The position numbers were made by a program, and so were the translations under genes. A stretch of DNA of 64,000 bases, from the NCBI GenBank assembly GCA_964036045.1, contig OZ038379.1:22568001-22632000 (forward strand), read 5' to 3'. This document shows positions 56,661 through 64,000 of the stretch, piece by piece; position 1 is the first letter of the stretch, and each line of letters opens with the position of its first letter. Source of the DNA: Eutreptiella sp. 'Long Island Sound 2002'. Lineage: Eukaryota > Protista > Euglenida. The notes beneath the pieces were generated by a model. It had not been told where the DNA came from. It saw only the letters and a list, made by a program, of their open reading frames with translations, and did not search any database.

Positions 56661-59600
56661 ATGTCCCATCCCCGCGTCTTGCGATAGCATGCGCTTGTCC
56701 ATGCACTGCAACCGTGTGTGGCTGCTGCCAGACACGGTTGACGGTGGTTTTTGTGTTCAGGGTGTACAACAAGCGCATTGTGGTGGAAAAGAGGGACTGG
56801 GTCTTGCCTGGAAATGTGGTTGGGATTGCACTCCAATTCTAGATGTGGCTTGATGTGATTCTCCGCTAATTTTTGCAGCAACGCGCTCCAAACCCCCAAA
56901 CACAGGTGTGATAAGTGTCAGTTGATGTATGGTACAGATGACATTGACACACACATGTAACAAGTGACTATTGCTTAATTCCCTTGTCCTTCCCCAACAA
57001 ACCTTGTGTACACTTTGGATTCGGTAACTGTGTCACACTGTGCACATGAGTTGCTACAGCTGAGATTGTATTTGGCAGACAAGCTCGGGCAGTTGGGGTA
57101 GCCTAATTTTGAGGGCGTTTGGAAGGGGTCGGTCTGGGGGCTCTTCACAGGGGGGGGGCTAATCTAAAAGTAGTGCACAGTTCGCAGTGCAAGAATTCCC
57201 CCTTTGACAGTAGCGTTCCTACTGCCTACAGCAGCTCGCACAAGTCTCTTCCATCAAAGTGAGCCGCATGCAGTGCTTGGAGCGTGTGTTGCATTGCCTT
57301 CATGGCTTGAGGATCAGCACGGCTAGGCCCGGGCCTGAGATCCCCAACTGACCGCCTTGGGCGGTGTGTGCACAGGGGGTGGGGCGTCGACCATACATCT
57401 TGTGTGTGGTTCCGTGGCTCTGCAGGAGCGCCCCTTCTGTTGTGTTGCCACTTTATGGGGGTGGTGCGGGGGTGGGTTGTGCCAAGCACACGGAAGGGGA
57501 CTTGCCAGTTCTGCACACTCAGGCCACACCCATGTGTATGCGGGAGGGGCATCCCAAGACATGATCCCAGTCCCGCTGCCACCTGATAATGCATTCTGCA
57601 ATCCTGCAACGAAGCGGCGCCAAAGGGTCGCCGCCAAGGCTCCTCCGATGCTTCCGATGGCTAGCGCAAGAGCTGCCAAAGGGGCATTGTTGAACTCGCC
57701 GGGGCTGGCTCAGGCACGCAGCCGCAACAGGCGATCTTCCACGCCCTCGCTTTCGAAACCCGCCCCACCACTGCAGCATTTCAGTGGTTTAGCCGCTCCA
57801 CGTCCCAAAGGAAAGGGGCGCAAACCCAACGCACTGAGTCTGCGCAACCAAAGAGGTGTGCTTGGGAGTGGTGTCTTGGTGTCTTGTTCACTGTGACTGC
57901 TCAAACCAAGCCTCCCCTCATGCCCCCCCTTCTCTGCAGCCACCCACTGGACAGGACCATCATTGTCATTCTTACGGCCAGTTGCCCCAGCCCCCATTGC
58001 CCCCCAATCCCCCTTCTCCCAGGGCGAAGGGACCGTCATTTTTTTGACCTCAGAAAAACGGGTTGTGGGTTGAAGTGGTACGTTTCCTGGATCCACGGGT
58101 TGTGCGTTTCGTGGTTCTGCGTAAGTGCAATTTGTGAAAGCGTGTGTGGGCAGGCATGGCGTGTTAGTGCAGTCTTCTCCCCCTGAGGCTCTACATGATG
58201 TTTACCTAGGGCACCCTTGTGCGCTATATTCGCCCCACAAAAGAGCCTGCAGTTGCTGTTGTCAAAGGCCCTTCACGTCATGGAGAATGGTACCGATCTC
58301 TTGGGATGGAAAAAAGTATTTCAGTCGCCTTTGGTGCACAAAGTTTGCACTATCAGCCCCGCCCGCCCCTGGTCAAGGCCACGTTCAGTTTTGTGAAAGC
58401 CCACACTTCATTGTACTCAGGACTGCAGTTGATGTGTGCTGAGTTGGTGTTATAGTGCTGGAGTGTTTTCAGAGGGCAAAAACCATCTTTGAAGAGCCCA
58501 TCGCCGTTGGAGGTGGCGGATTTGACAATGGGCTCCCTCAACTGCCTAAATTTGGAGCGTTTACTGGAAAAATTGTAGCAAAGAAAATGGAAATGAGGCA
58601 TGAAATGTTCATTATTCCTCTTGGCTCACAACCCCTGTCCCCTGGTGGCATTGGTCCGCTACGACCAATGCCACTTTCGACGTGGTGTGTCTCGTAGGCA
58701 CCGGCTCAATTGGCTGTAGCTGGACCATTTCTGGGCTGCCCATCGAAAAGGGCCCTGGAAAAAAGAAGGGGAGTATAACATCTTGAAATTCATGCCAACT
58801 CAACCGACCATTTTATCTCCCCACGTGGCCCCATCTATCGTGCAGGTGAATGTTTATTTTGAGGCGGGATTGCTCTGAGTGTGTTGCTGGGATGATGAGG
58901 GATGATGGCCGCAGGCCAAAGGAAGATGGCCACTTGATGATTTCGTGCGCACCGTGTCGCGTGCTATCCCTATAAAAAGGTCAAACAGGTGCGTGGCCAT
59001 GGAGAACAATGCATTCTGGGGCAGGGGTGCAAATGTGCCAAACAGCAAAAAGGTGCGGCCAACGCGGCACATGATGAAGGTCCCAAAGAGGACGGCCCCA
59101 GGGTACCTGCAGACAACAACGTGGTCATCTGTTGAGCTTCGCAGTTTGAGCATTGGGTAGAGGGCTGTAGTGTGATTTAGTGATGTGTATGGGGTGCATA
59201 GTGTGCGTATTGTACTGGGAGACTGGAGATCACACCCCTATCCCTGGAGTCGCTCTGCTTGGCATGACAGCCACAAGCATCGACGATGGTCTGTATACGA
59301 GACCTCAGTTCTGATAGGGTCAGACTAGAATGGAAACACTCTCTGAAAAATTCCACTGCGCAATTAGCACCAGTGTGGCCTGAGCTGAGATGGACCCACT
59401 GTAAGCACCCATTGAGGCGCACCTCTGGTACAACGATTCGGTATGCAGTGTGCAGCATGTGTAGTCTGCAACGTGTGGTTGCACTACTCACAGTGTGTGT
59501 TTTGCCCGAACCACTAGAAGCAGGTATGGCATGCAGTTCAGGCATTGTGATGTGTTTTGGGCGCCTCAGTGCACCGTTCCTCTATACCGCTTTCCCATAT

Positions 59601-59780
59601 GGTTACTCTGTACTGTGGCTCTCTACCGTTGTTCTCTACCGCTGCTCTCTACTGTTACTCAGAACCGTTACTCTACCATTGCTCCATTCTCGTTTCATTT
59701 TGACACTCTGCCTGCCCGCGAGGGGGTTTGGGATTGATGCTCAAACGGTCCAGTAATCAGAGCTTGTCAGACTCGACAGC

Positions 59781-62700
59781 ATGAGAATGCAGGCGCCAAA
59801 AAAGAGCAATGCGGGCCGCACACTGCGCGTCCTGTCACTCGGGGCCAGTGATGGTTTTGATCTGTCGGTTTTGGTTGGGCCCGCTGTTTTCAAGGGGTTC
59901 CGCTCAGGTCGGTGTGACCTGCCTCAGGCACCAGAATTCGACAGTCGCCGTTTGTGTTTCAGACTCCCCGTTCGTGAGGCTGCCGCTGGACATTTTGGCG
60001 CTGATCTCCGACTTCACACAGTCTACACACCTGTCACAGTTGTGTACCTACACGAGAGCGCTGCTGCGGTGGCGGCACGTCAGTATCGGCACCGACGTGG
60101 ACCCCCTGCAGAGCGCCTTTGATGCTGTGAGGTACTGTGTGCCCCGGGATTCTGGACAAACTGGGCCGAAGGCCAGGCACAGGAACGTGGCACGTGCAAA
60201 CATGGCCCTAATGTCCGGTGTTGGCAAGAGATGGGGGCGAGGAGGGCAGAGCAGACACCACAGTACCCGGAGAAGAGAAGAGAAAAGGTTGCATTTGGAC
60301 CTTCAGAACAACGGTGACCTTGCAAACGGCCCGAAGTGTGTGTTCCTCTGCCGTGTGTACCGAATCAGCGTGGCCATTCTGAAATGATTGCCAGGTGACC
60401 GTCTTTTCGGAGAAGCACACACTCATCACGAATCATTTAATGATTTCGAAGCAGCCAAAAGCAATTGGATGTGGAAAACTGCAGATTTGGACCATTAACC
60501 AGCAGTTCGGACCCGAAACACGCCAACTGAGGGTGCAAATCGGCTGAATGACTGCTAGTGTGGATGACCGTGACGTTGCAGAGTGTGTCTGACAGCCCGG
60601 TACTCTGGCGTTGTGGTTTTTCGCCCTGAGAAGAAGTCCGCCCTGAGCGAACCAAGGGTCACTGCTGCTGTGTACCTTCCAGGGCCGGATGCAGTGGTTT
60701 AACTGTGTTTGGGTTTGCTGTTTATTTCTGAAGGTGTCTGTGAATTTAGGTTTGGCACGATGCGGCCCCTGATTTTTTCATCACAAGGGGTTTGAGAAAG
60801 AGGCTGCGCAAGACACAGGGGCCGTAGCACAGCCATAGGAACGCCACTCACCGACATGGAGCGCAAACATAGGCACATGCACAATCATACATCCGCACGT
60901 GTACACACACGCCGGGCGTCTACGCACATTTTTTTTGGGGGGGGGGCTCGGGACGGACACCCAGAAACTGGGGTGCCCTGTATTTTGTACATTCGCTTAT
61001 TGCTCCCTTTGCCCTTCCCAGCAAGCGTCCAGGGAGTGAGCTTCGGAAGGGGGTCGCCACCGCTAGTGTGCGTTGTGTAGTTCCCCCCTCCTCGTAGGGA
61101 TTCCATGCCTTTTGCAGCCACGTTTATGGTCCCTCTGCCGCGCCTCTTCGAGGACTGCCATTTTCCTTTCGACCCTGACACAGCAGGCACAGGGGGCATG
61201 ACTGATGCGGGACTTTTGCGCGGCTCAGGCAAAGGGGAAGGGGGTACGTCTATAAGCATCGTCTGCACGTGGGTAGGGCTACGGGCTTTTGTAAGCCACC
61301 ATAGGTGGGGGGACGGTGCCAAGTTGGGACTGTTCCGTAGTCTGGAGGAAGGGTGGGAGTCAGGACAGGTCCCTCCCACGCCTCCACAGCCGGAAAGTTG
61401 AGTCTCTGACGGTAACGTACCCATTGCCAACCTCGCGTCTGGTGGCGGTGCTGAAGGAGGCCACGTCTCTGCGGTATATCAGCATCGCCCTCAGCCACCC
61501 TGCGGCAGCGAATCCCGCGGAAGTCATTGCTGCGGTACGCCAGATTCCGACTGTGCATACATTGAGCCTGGACATGTCCAACAACAGTCTGTATGTCCGA
61601 GATCAGGTACGCCCGCAGGGACGTAAGACCAGGGGGCAGTTGCGGTCTGGGCTCCATTGTCAACAGAGACCAGCTCCGTTTTGTCCTGGTAATATATGGT
61701 GGGTATGCGTGTCACAGGGTTGGGCGTAAAGCGCTCTTGCCCAAACACCTCCTGGTGCCGTTTCGGCAACTTTTGGTGCTTCAGCTAGAGGGGACACGTT
61801 TGTTGTTTGGCGGATGGGTTTGATTAACTGGTCTGCAGTGCTCTTCTCTGTGCAAAGTAGTCGGCCCGTGCGATGTGTTGAGTTGAATGGTCTAACCCGA
61901 GAAACCAATTGCACGCAGATATGAACAACCCCACCAATTTGACCGCAGTGGGATTGATTCAGTATGCGCGTGAGCGAGTGCAACGTGGATTGTGCTCACT
62001 GCCACTGGTGGTGATCCGGAGTGGGGTAGCTGACGCACTCTGAGGAGATCTTGAGCCCACAGTAACAGATCTATGCGTTTCCTCAAATGGGTGTTGCCAC
62101 AGATAGATGTGTAGGTGCCCTCTCGCATGCGATGATGTGCGATTCGTGAAGGCTCCACAAGGGTGGCAGGGCATTTCATATCGGTCTGTAACTTGTTGCC
62201 TTATGCCACTAGCACACCGCAACTTGGGGTTGCATTAGTGTACGTTTGAAGTGCCAAAGCCGGGTGTAAATGCTAATTGCATGTTGGCACATCGTAGACT
62301 GCTGTGTTTGGCTGCCTGTCACGATTTTAGATGCAGCCCGAAGTCACAAATGTCGGGCTGCCATATGCAGCACAATGGACCCCCCCCGTCCTTCCTTTAT
62401 AATTGGTTGGTCCCACACTGCCCATCAAATCGAAGTTCAATGCCAAACCAGTGATGATTGTCTCTCTGTCGGCCTGCACTCGGAAAGAATGGCAAGGGTG
62501 TGTTCAGTGCATACCTGAAGCTAACACCTGCCAAAACTTTTCTTGACACCTGCCGACTCCTGCCAAAAACTTTCTTGATACCTGCCGCCACCTGCCGGGT
62601 TGTGTGGTGTGCATGCAAGCAGTGTGTTGTTGTTGATGTTACTGTTCTGTGGTCTGAGCGTACAGTATTGTGCCCTGTAGTCGCCGTCCTTGTACAGACT

Positions 62701-63370
62701 TCAGATCATGTTTGCTATCTTTCAGCGAGGCCATCGGCCACACAATGGTTCTGTGGTCACAGCATACCCTGTGCTGCAAAAAGGCGCCTATGCCCATGTT
62801 CTGTCTCTCTCTGTGTGTGTGTGTGCCGCATGTCTATCACCAGCCACATGTTTGACACCTGCCGACACCTGCCAAAAATTTTGCTGACACCTGCCGGCAC
62901 CTGCCAAAAATTTTGCCGACACCTGCCGACACCTGCCATGGCAGGTGTTAGCTTCAGGTCTGGTTCAGTGCTTCCTCATGATACAGAATTGTTTTGCCTT
63001 TGGCAGTTGTGTGCAGGATGCGAAGCACCACTTCGTGCCCGGTGCCTTGTTCTTTGCACGCACTGCTAGGGCCGCCAGGGCATCACCCAAACCATTTCTG
63101 CGCTGCAGAGCCTCACCCTCAAAGAGCTGGCGCTGCTGAAGAATCTTGCGGAGCTGCAGAAGCTGTCGCTTGCTTTTAAGGACAACTGCCTCTCGGGCTC
63201 TGACATAGGGCCCTTGGCGGAGCTCAAGGCATCCACCAGCCTCACAGACGCGTCGTTGGACTTGTCGGGCAACAGCATTGGGAAAGTGGGGCTGGAGGCA
63301 CTGATGGAGGTCTTGTATGCCCCGGCTCTATGCAAGTTCGAGTTGAATCTGGCAGAGGCACGACTCATAG
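59781..63370 (+). CDS. F-box-like / RNI-type leucine-rich-repeat protein, 5' part; join(59781..59853,59963..60131,61390..61606,63109..63370...), continues beyond the last traced exon
   Basis: FVRLPLDILALISDF (F-box-like); LRRs VHTLSLDMSNNSL, LQKLSLAFKDNCL, LTDASLDLSGNSIG. GT-AG introns with matching phases 1, 2 and 0. Confidence 0.75.
62510..62962. mobile_element. hAT-type MITE in an intron of the LRR gene
   Basis: TIR CA(T/G)ACCTGAAGCTAACACCTGCCA; 8-bp TSD GTTCAGTG at 62502-62509 and 62963-62970; subterminal CACCTGCC repeats. Confidence 0.8.
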
Positions 63371-64000
63371 GTGCTGTGCTTGCTTCTAGGTTTTCTTGCC
63401 CTTGACATTTTGTCTGAAGGTGTGGTTGTGCCGCGCAAGCCCAGGCCTCTTCCACAGCCTTTTTTTTGTATTTAAAAAAGGCGACAACACCATCACATAC
63501 CCCCATATCGTACCGTGCAGTTTTATGACCCTGAGCATTTGGTTAGATTGGATCATTGAGATGAGAGAATTGTCTTCAGCTGTGCGACGGGAGTTCATGT
63601 GTTGGATAGTTGAGACCCCAGCCCGGCATCAGGTGGAACCTCATGGCGGTTGATGGTTTGTGGTGGGCTGACGGCGGTCGATGGTTGACAGTCAGCTGGT
63701 TGGCAGGTTGCCCCACAGCAGTTGCTGGTTGATCGACAGTTTCTTAACCTTCCGATTTTAAAGCACTTGTCTAGGCCGGCCGAGGGCCACACACCATCGT
63801 CGGGTTCTTCCCCAGTCTGTTCCAGTCTGCCACCTCCATTTACCCGCTCTTCATATTCACATTCCGCATGCCCACAGGCGGTGTCGTCCAAGCTTTGCTG
63901 CCCCTCTGCATCGCCCCGCACTTGCACACACTGCACCTCAACCTCATGGACAACTTACTGGGGGCCCGCTGCCACACGCCGCGCACGGACGATCACCCTG

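Noticed and set aside
57200-59760. ORFs of 80-180 aa between the DDE remnants and the LRR gene
   Set aside because: Low-complexity or repeat-derived, overlapping on both strands, and without motifs.
12704-63370. Euglenid-type non-conventional (non-GT-AG, stem-forming) introns
   Set aside because: Every intron I could trace has GT-AG borders with matching phase; none required a non-canonical junction.

Overview
Eukaryotic, intron-rich and repeat-rich genomic window. It is most likely a euglenid or other euglenozoan; this is inferred from the trypanosomatid-like U6 5' end, the probable trans-splice acceptors and the long repeat-filled introns. Contents from start to end: (1) a 5'-truncated DIRS-type tyrosine-recombinase retrotransposon (RNase H, methyltransferase and YR domains), tail-to-tail with (2) a tandem U6-U2 snRNA cluster on the minus strand, in which U6 carries ACACAGA instead of the canonical ACAGAGA box; (3) a decayed Helitron 3' end and several pseudogene fragments and repeats; (4) a two-exon NUBP2/CFD1 gene; (5) a TIR element carrying a frameshifted WW-domain fragment, and an RNase H-bearing LINE fragment nested inside a TA-flanked MITE; (6) a ~27-kb PPEF/rdgC-like Ser/Thr phosphatase gene with EF-hands, for which 16-17 phase-consistent GT-AG exons were traced and the 5' end is unresolved; one intron holds a 4.6-kb Mutator/Foldback-like element (9-bp TSD) with an 85-bp tandem array and an intact Ulp1-type protease ORF; (7) Harbinger-like DDE fragments; (8) the 5' part of an F-box-like/LRR gene with a hAT-type MITE in an intron. 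Most short ORFs in the supplied track are non-coding noise. All calls come from reading the sequence by eye; no searches or alignments were run.
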